This document shows, one piece after another, positions 31,072-40,715 of a stretch of 64,000 bases of DNA (position 1 is its first letter; each line of letters opens with the position of its first letter). Made by a program: the position numbers and the translations under genes. The DNA lies in NCBI GenBank assembly GCA_965215265.1, contig OZ244048.1, positions 4,512,001-4,576,000 of the forward strand, read 5' to 3'. The DNA comes from Candidatus Poribacteria bacterium. Lineage in GTDB: Bacteria; Poribacteria; WGA-4E; WGA-3G. A model generated the notes under the pieces. The model was not told the origin of the DNA. It made no database searches and worked only from the letters and a program-made list of their open reading frames with translations.

Positions 31072-31204
31072 TTTCGTCTACTGCAGCACGTTTTCGCCTA
31101 CAGTAGCACATCAACGCCCGATGTTCTGTTAGAGAAACATAAGGCGTTGACGTGCTGAAATATACAAAAAAACATCAGCCGTTGGAGGGCTGAAATATAC
31201 AAAA
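31072..31204. repeat. Family 1 fragments between efp and accB
   Basis: ttcgtctactgcagcac and two gctgaaatatacaaaa ends. Confidence 0.75.
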
Positions 31205-31660
31205 ATGGACGAGCTCCTCAAACTTGTTGTACAACTCGCGAACATTGCTGAAGAAAAAGAACTCACGGAAGTTCGCATCCGAGATGGAGAAATCGAAGTA
31301 CAAGTATCCAGGCAGAAATCGCAAGGTCCCGGAACCGGCACTGGGCATTTCCTGCCAGCGTCTCCCACAGAAGTGACACCAACTCCTATGGACTCCAGCG
31401 ATGCGAATCAATTTCCTGACTCTGAATTGATTAACGCGCCTATGCCGTCACGATTCTATCGCTCCCCAGCACCTGAAGAACCAGCGTTTGTTCAAGTAGG
31501 CGATACGGTAAATGCCGGAGATACTATAGCAATCCTCGAAGTCATGAAAACTTACAACCCGGTTGAAACGTCTTTCAACTGTGAGATACTCGACATACTT
31601 GCTGAGGATGGTGACGCTGTTGAATACGGGCAACCGTTGTTCCGCGTCCGTAGATGCTAG
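31205..31660 (+). CDS. accB: Biotin carboxyl carrier protein
   Basis: EVMK biotinylation motif; VEYGQPLF. Confidence 0.93.
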   Translation: MDELLKLVVQLANIAEEKELTEVRIRDGEIEVQVSRQKSQGPGTGTGHFLPASPTEVTPTPMDSSDANQFPDSELINAPMPSRFYRSPAPEEPAFVQVGDTVNAGDTIAILEVMKTYNPVETSFNCEILDILAEDGDAVEYGQPLFRVRRC

Positions 31661-31681
31661 GTAATTCTTCGTGAGGAAAAT

Positions 31682-33049
31682 ATGTTCCAAAAAATACTCA
31701 TAGCCAATAGAGGCGAAATAGCTGTCCGCATTATCCGTGCATGTAAGGACATGGGAATTAAAACGGTAGCAATCTTTTCTACTGCTGATGCAGATGCACT
31801 GCACGTTGAGAATGCTGACGAAGCCTACTGTATCGGACCGCCGCCGTCAACAGAGAGCTATCTTAAATATGCCAATATTATTGCTGTGGCAGATTTCGCG
31901 AATGTGGATGCCATCCATCCGGGGGCAGGATTCCTCTCCGAGGACGCGCAATTCGCCGAAATTTGTGAAGCACATGAGATCCGGTTTATCGGTCCCTCTG
32001 TTACTGACCTCGCAACAATGGGAGACAAAGTCCATGCCCGTGAAAAAGTCGCCAAAGCAGGACTGAAATTGGTCGCGGGCAGCCGGGACAACAAACGGAG
32101 AAACGCAAATAAATCAAACGCGACTCTTACCGTCGAAAAGGCAATTCAGCTTGCTGAGAAAATAGGTTACCCAGTCGGTATCAAAGCGACTGCCGGCGGT
32201 GGCGGGCGCGGCATCCGTATTGCACACAATCGTCCGAGCCTTTACAATCTATTTCACACCGCAAAGTCAGAAGCTGACGCAGCCTTTGGTAATGCCGAAG
32301 TTTACCTTGAAAAATGGATCGAAGAGGCACGCCACATTGAAGTACAAATCCTCGCCGATACCCATGGAAACGCAGTTCATTTCGGTGAACGTGAATGCTC
32401 TATCCAACGGAAGCAGCAAAAACTCCTCGAAGAAGCCCCTGCTGCATCTATTTCCCCAAAACTTCGCGCCGAAATTTGCAAAGCCGCCGTAAAAGCCGTC
32501 AAATCAATCGGATATACGAACGCCGGAACCATCGAATTTGTTGTGGATACCAACGATAATTTCTATTTCTTAGAAATGAATACGCGCATCCAGGTAGAGC
32601 ACACCGTAACGGAAAATACCACTAACACCGATCTGATTAAAGAGCAAATTCGGCTCGCAAGCGGCGAAGAGCTCGGATATAGCCAATCTGATATTCAACT
32701 GCAAGGGCATGCAATTGAATGCCGAATTAATGCCGAAGATCCGGACAATGAGTTCATGCCCTCACCAGGGCTGATTAAAAACTACCATCCGCCCGGCGGG
32801 ATTGGCATTCGCGTTGACAGTTATCTCTATACCGGCTACACTGTTCCACCGCACTATGACTCGCTCATTGCTAAACTCATTGCTACCGGACGGGATCGGA
32901 ACGAAGCAATCGCACGACTCAAGCGGGCACTCTCTGAATTTAGAATTGACGGTATCAAAACCACAATCCCGTTGCATCAAAAAATACTGAACGACGAACG
33001 TTTTCTCAACCGAAACATCTTCACAAATTTTTTAGACAAAGGTTTTTAG
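31682..33049 (+). CDS. accC: Biotin carboxylase
   Basis: ANRGEIA, GGGGRG, ECSIQR, EMNTRIQVEH and YDSLIAK motifs. Confidence 0.97.
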   Translation: MFQKILIANRGEIAVRIIRACKDMGIKTVAIFSTADADALHVENADEAYCIGPPPSTESYLKYANIIAVADFANVDAIHPGAGFLSEDAQFAEICEAHEIRFIGPSVTDLATMGDKVHAREKVAKAGLKLVAGSRDNKRRNANKSNATLTVEKAIQLAEKIGYPVGIKATAGGGGRGIRIAHNRPSLYNLFHTAKSEADAAFGNAEVYLEKWIEEARHIEVQILADTHGNAVHFGERECSIQRKQQKLLEEAPAASISPKLRAEICKAAVKAVKSIGYTNAGTIEFVVDTNDNFYFLEMNTRIQVEHTVTENTTNTDLIKEQIRLASGEELGYSQSDIQLQGHAIECRINAEDPDNEFMPSPGLIKNYHPPGGIGIRVDSYLYTGYTVPPHYDSLIAKLIATGRDRNEAIARLKRALSEFRIDGIKTTIPLHQKILNDERFLNRNIFTNFLDKGF

Positions 33050-33286
33050 TATACGGTAGCACAATAAAGGTTTTTAGTATATTTTAGCCCCATCAACGCT
33101 TAGGTATTGACAGCCCGTGTGTAAATCTCGTCGGAGCCATTTTATGCTATGCCTAAACAGAGAGAGTCTCCGGCGAGGTTTACACAGGCATTGACACAAC
33201 ATCAGCCGTTGACGTGCTGAAATATACGAAAACATACATCGGATTGATAAAAATAGGAACATTGACGGTGCGGAGATATACAAAAA
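33043..33286. repeat. Family 1 element from the accC stop codon to the CRTAC1 start codon
   Basis: ttttagtata...cggagatatacaaaaaATG. Confidence 0.85.
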
Positions 33287-35014
33287 ATGAAGGTAAAGAA
33301 CATCCACGTAACTGTCGGACTCATAGTTACACTAATTTCAATCAAGGCAGTGGCGGTTGCGTCCACTTTTGTTGATGTAACGCGCGAAGCTGGCATCGAT
33401 TTTCATCATAGCGGTGGTTCTCCTCGCTCCAGCCTACTTCCAGAGGATATGGGGTCCGGCGCAGCCTTCGTCGATATTGATAACGACACGCATATTGATC
33501 TTTACATCGTTAACAGCCCTGGCCCTTTCAGGGAGCACGGACAGCAAACTCAGGCTAACGTCCTCTACCGAAACAATGGCGACGGCACGTTTACAGATAT
33601 AACAACCAGTGCCTTCCAAAATAGTAACGATGCACTTAATAAGCCTGCACCATACGGCATGGGATGTGTCTACGCAGATTATGATGGCGACGGAGATGTT
33701 GATCTCTACCTTACCAATTACGGGAACAACACCCTCTATCGAAATAATGGAAATAGAACGTTTACAAATGTAACAGACACCGCCGGAGTTGGCGGAGAAT
33801 CGTGGAGTACAGGTGCTGCCTTTGCTGATACCGATGCCGACGGCGACTTAGATCTTTACGTTTGCAACTACGTTACTTATGATTTAGAAAAATTACAGGA
33901 CATGCAGGCAGAATCCCTTCAATCTGGGAAACCTGTACCCAGTGCCTTGAATCCACACGTCTTTGAACCACAAGATAACGTCTTCTATCGCAACAATGGC
34001 GACGGCACCTTCACTGATGTAACGACCGAGGTTGGAGTTGCCGCATCAGGGGGCAGAAGCATGCAGGCAATCTTTAGCGACTTTGATCTGGATAACGATA
34101 TGGACCTGTACGTTGCAAACGATACTACTGTCAACCACACTTATCGCAACAATGGCGACGGCACCTTCACTGATGTCAGCGATGATTCCTGGGCAGCAGA
34201 TTTCCGCGGCTCCATGGGACTCGCTACCGGAGACTACGACAACGACGGCGACATAGACCTCTTTATGAGCCATTGGGTTGATGAAGAAAATGTCCTCTAT
34301 AGAAACCTCCTCATCGAAACGTCAACACCTAACGCAAAAAAAATTCGGTTTGCCGATGAATCATATTCCTCAATGTTAGCAGAAGTCAGTATCAAAGAGA
34401 TTGGATGGGGAACCTCACTCTTTGACTACGACAATGATGGCGACCTGGATATCTTTGTCACAAATGGAAGCACCTTCCAAGAACTGGACCGCCCGGAAAA
34501 CCTGATTCCGCAAAAAGACGCGTTGTTTCGCAACAATGGCGAATCGACGTTTACCGATGTCAGCGAGCTCGTAGGCATCACAACACTGCCGGCGCGAGTA
34601 GGGCGAGGCGCAACCTTTGGCGATTACGACAACGACGGAGACATCGACATCTTTATCGTGAACAACCATGCACAGCCCACGCTGCTGCGCAATGATACAA
34701 TCCGTGTAAGGACAGCTAGCACTAACAACTGGCTACACGTCAACTTGCATGGAACTGATGCAAACCGAAATGCTATCGGCGCGAAAATTCAGATTAAAAC
34801 AGAAAATGGCAGTCAAATCCGAGAAATTTACGCCGGAGAAAGCTACATGTCTTGTAATAGTTATACTGCCGAATTTGGCGTAGGCACAGCAACAGCCGTC
34901 GAATCCCTGCAGGTTACGTGGCCCAATGGAATAACACAAACACTCCATGACGTTCCGGTGAATCAACGGATAGATATTTCCTATATCTCCGTACCATCAA
35001 CGCCTATGCCTTGA
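33287..35014 (+). CDS. CRTAC1-family FG-GAP + ASPIC/UnbV secreted protein
   Basis: Repeated DYDNDGDxD and YRNNGDGTFTDV; AIGAK...WPNG ASPIC domain. Confidence 0.92.
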   Translation: MKVKNIHVTVGLIVTLISIKAVAVASTFVDVTREAGIDFHHSGGSPRSSLLPEDMGSGAAFVDIDNDTHIDLYIVNSPGPFREHGQQTQANVLYRNNGDGTFTDITTSAFQNSNDALNKPAPYGMGCVYADYDGDGDVDLYLTNYGNNTLYRNNGNRTFTNVTDTAGVGGESWSTGAAFADTDADGDLDLYVCNYVTYDLEKLQDMQAESLQSGKPVPSALNPHVFEPQDNVFYRNNGDGTFTDVTTEVGVAASGGRSMQAIFSDFDLDNDMDLYVANDTTVNHTYRNNGDGTFTDVSDDSWAADFRGSMGLATGDYDNDGDIDLFMSHWVDEENVLYRNLLIETSTPNAKKIRFADESYSSMLAEVSIKEIGWGTSLFDYDNDGDLDIFVTNGSTFQELDRPENLIPQKDALFRNNGESTFTDVSELVGITTLPARVGRGATFGDYDNDGDIDIFIVNNHAQPTLLRNDTIRVRTASTNNWLHVNLHGTDANRNAIGAKIQIKTENGSQIREIYAGESYMSCNSYTAEFGVGTATAVESLQVTWPNGITQTLHDVPVNQRIDISYISVPSTPMP

Positions 35015-35488
35015 TAGCTCATGTGTAAATCTCGTTTTTTTGTATATTTCAGCCCCATCAAGGGTTATGTATTGTTAAATCCGATGTAAATCTCGGCGGA
35101 GGTTAACTAGGTATAGTCTTTAAAATCTAAACATAAACGGCCCAGGCGAGATTTGTAAAGTTATTAACACAGCAGCAGCCTTGTATCGGGCTCCTGTAGA
35201 CGAAAGAACGAGATTTGACAAGGGGTTATCAAAACACAGATTAGTATTGTGCCCAATGGGTGGCAGGTGGTAGGGTTCGGTTGAGCCATCTATAGATAAA
35301 AGGTTATCTTTTCACTTCTAGAAGGAGTGAAAAAGAATACCTATCCTGCCACTGAAATATAGGAAAAAAAATAAATCTCATCGGAGCCCTTTTATGTTTT
35401 GTTTGAATCATAACCTCGAAAACCTCAAACGAGATTTGTGCGAGGTTGTATATTACATCATCGGTGCCGTGTTGCAGTATACAAAAGT
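34977..35488. repeat. Large family 1 / family 2 cluster
   Basis: Several arms and cores plus cccaatgggtggcagg...cctgccac. Confidence 0.8.
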
Positions 35489-36848
35489 GCATATTATTAC
35501 TTTACTCATCCTCTTTCATACAATCGGATGTGGAGAAGATCCTGCGATTAAGCGCGGTAAACAACTCGCCGTCAGTGGTGATACTGCAGCAGCAATACAT
35601 GAATTTGAGGAAGCCCTTAAACGAGATCCGGCTAATGCAGAAACCTATTATCAACTTGGCGTAGTTCATGAACAGACCGCGCAGGCGGGACAAGCTGTGA
35701 TAGCGTTTCAGAAAGCACTACGGCTCGCACCGAAAAGAGACGACATACGCTTTGCCCTCGGACGCGTCTATTGGTTTGGAGACAAGCCAGATTTGGCACT
35801 TGAACAATTCCAAAAGCTCCTGATTACGAAGCACGATATCCTTCTAAAGATAGCAGGACTCACCGGGGATGCTTACCACGTCAAACGACTCCGAACTGAA
35901 GGGAGTAACGACTACGAGCAAACCTTTACAGAGAAGGGAAATATCATGACATTTACTGCAAAGTATGCAGATGATTATAGTCCCGCTATCTCACCTGACG
36001 GAAAATGGATAACCTTCACGTCCTACCGATTGCAAAACGGTGAGATTTACCTGATGAACATCTCGGTACCGGATGGAGAACCCCGGCAACTCACGCATAC
36101 GGATGAGCTTGACGAATATATGCCGACCTTCTCGGCTGATGGAAAGACACTCGCCTTCGTTACGGAACGCACAAAGGGCATGATGATGCTCCCGCCGATT
36201 CAGGCAAGCGGTTCTGTCCCGAGCACTGCAAAAATCTATCTGATGGACATTGACGGTCGAAATCAACGGCCCTTAGCGGAGATGCCAGGCATGCAAAGCG
36301 CACCAGCATTCTCACCTAATGGACAGAAAATCGCCTTTGAATCAAATTTTTCCGAGACTCCTGAAACGGACAATGACATGGAAATTTTTGTCATCAATAT
36401 AGATGGCACCGGCCAAATACAGCTAACCGACAATGATGTGGACGATGGAAACCCTACTTGGACACCGGATGGAAAACAGATAGCTTTCGTATCAAATATC
36501 AGAGAAACCTACCAGATCTGTGTCATGAATGCAAAAGGCGGAGACATCAAACAGCGGACAGCATCTACTGACAGTCACTACCAACCGCTCTTTACACCAG
36601 ATGGAAAACGAATTATTTACGTTTCAGACGCTCATAATCACTACACCCTCTGGATGATGAACGCAGACGGTACAAACAAAAACCAACTCACGAATCACAT
36701 CGGGGCCCATTTTGAACCCAGTTTGTCCCACGATGGGAAAAAACTCGTTTTCAGCGCAGATCGTTCCGATCATATGCGAATTTACCTTCTCGATTTCACA
36801 CAACCTATCAAAAAAGAGGAACTGCAAGCACGTTTTCGTCTACAGTAG
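35469..36848 (+). CDS. TPR + TolB/PD40 beta-propeller lipoprotein
   Basis: Lipobox TIGC, TPRs, repeated P.FSPDGK.I. Likely GTG start lies in the repeat end. Confidence 0.85.
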   Translation: MLQYTKVHIITLLILFHTIGCGEDPAIKRGKQLAVSGDTAAAIHEFEEALKRDPANAETYYQLGVVHEQTAQAGQAVIAFQKALRLAPKRDDIRFALGRVYWFGDKPDLALEQFQKLLITKHDILLKIAGLTGDAYHVKRLRTEGSNDYEQTFTEKGNIMTFTAKYADDYSPAISPDGKWITFTSYRLQNGEIYLMNISVPDGEPRQLTHTDELDEYMPTFSADGKTLAFVTERTKGMMMLPPIQASGSVPSTAKIYLMDIDGRNQRPLAEMPGMQSAPAFSPNGQKIAFESNFSETPETDNDMEIFVINIDGTGQIQLTDNDVDDGNPTWTPDGKQIAFVSNIRETYQICVMNAKGGDIKQRTASTDSHYQPLFTPDGKRIIYVSDAHNHYTLWMMNADGTNKNQLTNHIGAHFEPSLSHDGKKLVFSADRSDHMRIYLLDFTQPIKKEELQARFRLQ

Positions 36849-37442
36849 CACGTCAAAGATGTCTGTAATATGCACCTTAGCACAAATCTCGCCTTTTCGT
36901 ATATCTCCGTACCGTCAACGCTTATGTAATAATAACTCGTGTGTAAATCTCGTCGGAGATGACTTAGGTTATGTCTTTAAAAATCTAAACATCAGAACCC
37001 TCCCAGTGGGTGGCAGGTAAAAGGTAATCTTCTCTCATGGACAGACAAAGAATACCTATCCTGCCACTGGCGAGATTTGTAAAGGATTTAACATAGCAGC
37101 AGCCTTTATTGGGCTCCTGTATACAAAAAAACGAGATTTGTAAAGGATTTAGTAAGACAGCAACTTGTGCCGTGCTGCAGTATACAAAAGCCTAAAAGAT
37201 ACATACGAAAAATCTAAACAGAGAAAACTTCAGACGAGATTTGTCAAGGGTATCCATTCCATCAGGTGTTGATGTGCTAAAAGATACGAAAAATCTAAAC
37301 AGAGAGAGGCTCCGACGATCTATAGATGACGAGAAAAAGGTAATCTTTTCTGTCCTCGAGGAGAGAAAAAGAATACCTATCTCGTCAGATTTGTGCGAGA
37401 TTGTATATTATATCATAGGTGCCGTGCTAAAATATACGAAAA
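36833..37442. repeat. Large family 1 / family 2 cluster (inserts at 37003-37067 and about 37318-37387)
   Basis: Canonical junctions split by double hairpins. Confidence 0.85.
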
Positions 37443-39757
37443 CCTGCTTCCTCGTTCTTCTAATGGTTATCGGTTGCCAAACTGATACTCCTAAACAAGA
37501 ACCTCCTTCTCAATTCTCCATTCAGTACAAACGCGGTATAGAGGCGTTAGACATGGACAAGTTGACAGAAGCAGAAAAGGCGTTTCAGACGTGTTTACAA
37601 ATCAATGCCAACGCGCTCAATGCTCGCATGCAGTTAGCACGCATCTATATTAGACAGCAAAAATTTAACCGTGCAGAAGCGACATTAGGGGCATTAGAAA
37701 CACTACACGGAGAACACCAAAATCTCCAAGAATTGGCACAAGCCTACCTCATGCTCTCACAAATTTTTAGTTACCAGCAGCGATTTGCGGATGCCACTGC
37801 CGCGTTGACAACCGCGTTGGAATTCAATCCAATGGATACAAGCGCTCGCATGAGATTGGGATATTTCTTAGGTGCACCCCAGCAGATGCTCGTCCCTGAT
37901 CTGGCGGCATCAAAACGGCAGTTTGAAAAAGTCTTGGAACTTGAACCGAATCATCCAGAAGCGATGCTCCAACTCGGATTGGCGGAATTCAGATTAGGAG
38001 AACCGGATAAAGCCGCGAAACGTTTTACGCATCTGATCGAAAACTACGGCCGGCACGCGGGAGCTTACTACTACTTAGGTGTCTATCATCTGCGGCACGG
38101 TAACCTTGAAGCAGCCATAGATAACTTCAAAGAATCCCTCCATCTCAGACCTCGGGACCCTGAAACCCTCTGGAATCTTTGGACAGCTGCTTCCAAATTC
38201 GGCGGTTATCCAGACAACTTACCAGAGGCATTTAAAATTCGACCAAAATCAGCCGAACCGCGAATCGGTAGCACAAATCTTGATACACTGTCCCTCCCTA
38301 AATTTACCAACCTCGCTTCCGCTTTAGGCATGGACAAAGTTGATGGAGGTCGAGGTAGCGCCTGGGGTGACTACGATAAAGACGGCGATTTGGACATCGT
38401 CGCGGTCGGCACCTATCAGCCTCATGCACTTTATAGGAATAACGGTGACGGAACATTTACCGACGTTGCGGAAGACGCAGGCATAGCGGATCCGCGCGGC
38501 GGCTGGGGCTCCCTATTTGCTGATTACAATAACGACGGATACATAGATCTCTATATCACACGCGGCGGCTGGTCGGGTGCAGCGGAGAATACCCTCTACC
38601 ACAACAACGGTGACGGGACATTCACAGATGTCACCGAAATCGCAGGTGTCGCAGATCCGCAGAGCAGCTTCTGTGCCGCATGGGCAGATTACAATAATGA
38701 CGGACATATAGATCTCTATATTGCAGACGGAGTCATCGGCGACGGGGCCCCCAACGTCCTCTACCACAATAACGGCGACGGCACTTTTATAAACACCGCA
38801 GAGGCAGCCGGGGTAGCGAACCGAGGAAACTCCCTCGGCACCGCATGGGGCGATTACAATAAAGACGGACACATCGATCTGCATGTTGTCAACTTTGGAC
38901 AACAGAATGTTCTCTATCGTAATAACGGCGACGGCACCTTCACCGACGTAACACCTACCACAGGCATGGAGTTATCTATCACCGACCCTTTCGTCACCTT
39001 TTTTTTAGATGTGGATAATGATGCAGATTTGGATATTTTCATTTCAAACTCAGGTTCTTTTCAAGCATTTATCGCATGTCAACTCACAGGCACGGCTACA
39101 CACGATAGCGACCGGCAAGTGCTTTACCGCAACAACGGAGACGGCACTTTTACTGACGTAACGCGCGAATCGGGACTCTATAAAGCTTTTGGGGCAATGG
39201 GTGCCAACTTCGAAGATATTAATGGTGATGGCTATCTCGATATCTACCTCGCCACCGGCGCGCCACAAATGGGACGTTTGGAGAGAGACGCGCTCTTCCT
39301 AAACAACGGTGACGGCACCTTTACCGATGAGACCATCACTTCAGGCTTAGGCAATATCGGAAAGGGGCACGGGGTTACCTTTGGCGATGCAGATGCGGAT
39401 GGAGACGTGGATATTTACGTTTCTGTTGGCGGTGCCTTTATTGGAGATCAGTGGCACAATCTTTTTTACCATAACCCGGGTACACAAAACAATTGGATCA
39501 CGCTCAAAACAGTTGGAGTCAAAAGCAACCGGGATGGCATCGGGGCAAAAGTGACACTCACCCTTGGGAATACCAAAATTTATAGAGAAGTCAGTGGCGG
39601 GTGTGGATTTGGCTCAACCAACAGCATTCCACTTGAAATCGGGTTAGGAAAAGCGAAACAGGTAGACAGACTTGAAATCGTTTGGCCCTCCGGGCAGATC
39701 GATATATACACCCATCTCGCTCCCAATCAGCCCTACGTCCTCACTGAAGGTTTTTAG
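37424..39757 (+). CDS. TPR + FG-GAP + ASPIC/UnbV lipoprotein
   Basis: Lipobox VIGC, TPRs, DYNNDG repeats, GIGAKV...WPSG. Likely GTG start lies in the repeat end. Confidence 0.88.
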   Translation: MLKYTKTCFLVLLMVIGCQTDTPKQEPPSQFSIQYKRGIEALDMDKLTEAEKAFQTCLQINANALNARMQLARIYIRQQKFNRAEATLGALETLHGEHQNLQELAQAYLMLSQIFSYQQRFADATAALTTALEFNPMDTSARMRLGYFLGAPQQMLVPDLAASKRQFEKVLELEPNHPEAMLQLGLAEFRLGEPDKAAKRFTHLIENYGRHAGAYYYLGVYHLRHGNLEAAIDNFKESLHLRPRDPETLWNLWTAASKFGGYPDNLPEAFKIRPKSAEPRIGSTNLDTLSLPKFTNLASALGMDKVDGGRGSAWGDYDKDGDLDIVAVGTYQPHALYRNNGDGTFTDVAEDAGIADPRGGWGSLFADYNNDGYIDLYITRGGWSGAAENTLYHNNGDGTFTDVTEIAGVADPQSSFCAAWADYNNDGHIDLYIADGVIGDGAPNVLYHNNGDGTFINTAEAAGVANRGNSLGTAWGDYNKDGHIDLHVVNFGQQNVLYRNNGDGTFTDVTPTTGMELSITDPFVTFFLDVDNDADLDIFISNSGSFQAFIACQLTGTATHDSDRQVLYRNNGDGTFTDVTRESGLYKAFGAMGANFEDINGDGYLDIYLATGAPQMGRLERDALFLNNGDGTFTDETITSGLGNIGKGHGVTFGDADADGDVDIYVSVGGAFIGDQWHNLFYHNPGTQNNWITLKTVGVKSNRDGIGAKVTLTLGNTKIYREVSGGCGFGSTNSIPLEIGLGKAKQVDRLEIVWPSGQIDIYTHLAPNQPYVLTEGF

Positions 39758-40122
39758 TATACTGCAGCACAACACAAGCAGTTGTAATGTTTAATCCTTT
39801 ACAAATCTCGTTTTTTCGTCTACAGGAGCCCATTAAAGGCTGCTGCTATATTAAAACCTTTGCAAATCTCGTCGGAGTCTTTCGATGTTATGAATCTAAA
39901 CAGAAAGAGGCTCCGACGAGATTTATGCGAGGATATTCATTCTATCAGGTGTTGATGTGCTAAAAGATACGAAAAATCTAAACAGAGAGAGGCTCCGACG
40001 ATCTATAGATGACGAGAAAAAGGTAATCTTTTCTCATGGACAGAAAAAGAATACCTATCTCGTCAGATTTGTGCGAGGTTGTATACTACATCCATCAGTG
40101 ACGTGCTAAAAGATACGAAAAA
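39751..40122. repeat. Family 1 / family 2 cluster; 39944-40122 is a direct near-copy of 37261-37442
   Basis: About 90 nt identical, followed by a similar arm. Confidence 0.85.
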
Positions 40123-40127
40123 CCACC

Positions 40128-40715
40128 TTACGTATCGCTCTCGTTGTCCGCTTCCAACAACCGACGCATCAGTTCCGAACGCACCTCCGATGGCAACGCC
40201 CGAAGCTCCGACTGCGATAACTCTTGAAGCGCCTTGACACGCTCATCGGCGCTCAGCCTTTTCACCAGTTCATCGGCACTGAGTCCTTTCACACGCTCAT
40301 CAACACTGAGTCTTTTCACTAACTCCGAAGGCGGAATTCTCTCCAAGATATCCGAACCAAATTTCTCTATTAGCTCCCTCAACTCCGCTTGCGACAAACT
40401 TTGAAGCACCTTGATATGCTCATCAGCACTGAGTCCTTTCACACGCTCATCAACACTGAGCCTTTTCACTAACTCCGAAGGCGGAATTCTCTCCAAGATA
40501 TCCGAACCAAATTTCTCTATTAGCTCCCTCAACTCCGCTTGCGACAAACTTTGAAGCACCTTGATATGCTCATCAGCACTGAGTCCTTTCGCACGCTCAT
40601 CAACACTGAGCCTTTTCACTAACTCCGAAGGCGGAATTCTCTCCAAGATATCCGAACCAAATTTCTCTATTAGCTCCCTCAACTCCGCATCGTAAAATCC
40701 TTGATGCCCCATCAT
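40128..40715 (-). CDS. Putative internally initiated small isoform (RpnS-like), 195 aa
   Basis: GGAGGT (40728-40723) lies 7 nt before an in-frame ATGATG at the start of the repeat region. Confidence 0.55.
   Translation of the reverse strand: MMGHQGFYDAELRELIEKFGSDILERIPPSELVKRLSVDERAKGLSADEHIKVLQSLSQAELRELIEKFGSDILERIPPSELVKRLSVDERVKGLSADEHIKVLQSLSQAELRELIEKFGSDILERIPPSELVKRLSVDERVKGLSADELVKRLSADERVKALQELSQSELRALPSEVRSELMRRLLEADNESDT

Noticed and set aside
35394-37423. Long N-terminal extensions predicted for the ORFs at 35394 and 37241 (also 26949 and 28320)
   Set aside because: They are read-through of repeat DNA. Signal peptides or conserved N-termini begin further downstream.
848-40122. 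Integron attC cassette array
   Set aside because: There are no consistent RYYYAAC/GTTRRRY cores and no integrase, and the flanked genes are core housekeeping operons.
40240-40688. Diversity-generating retroelement TR/VR pair
   Set aside because: The repeats are tandem, in frame and nearly identical, and there is no reverse transcriptase in the window.
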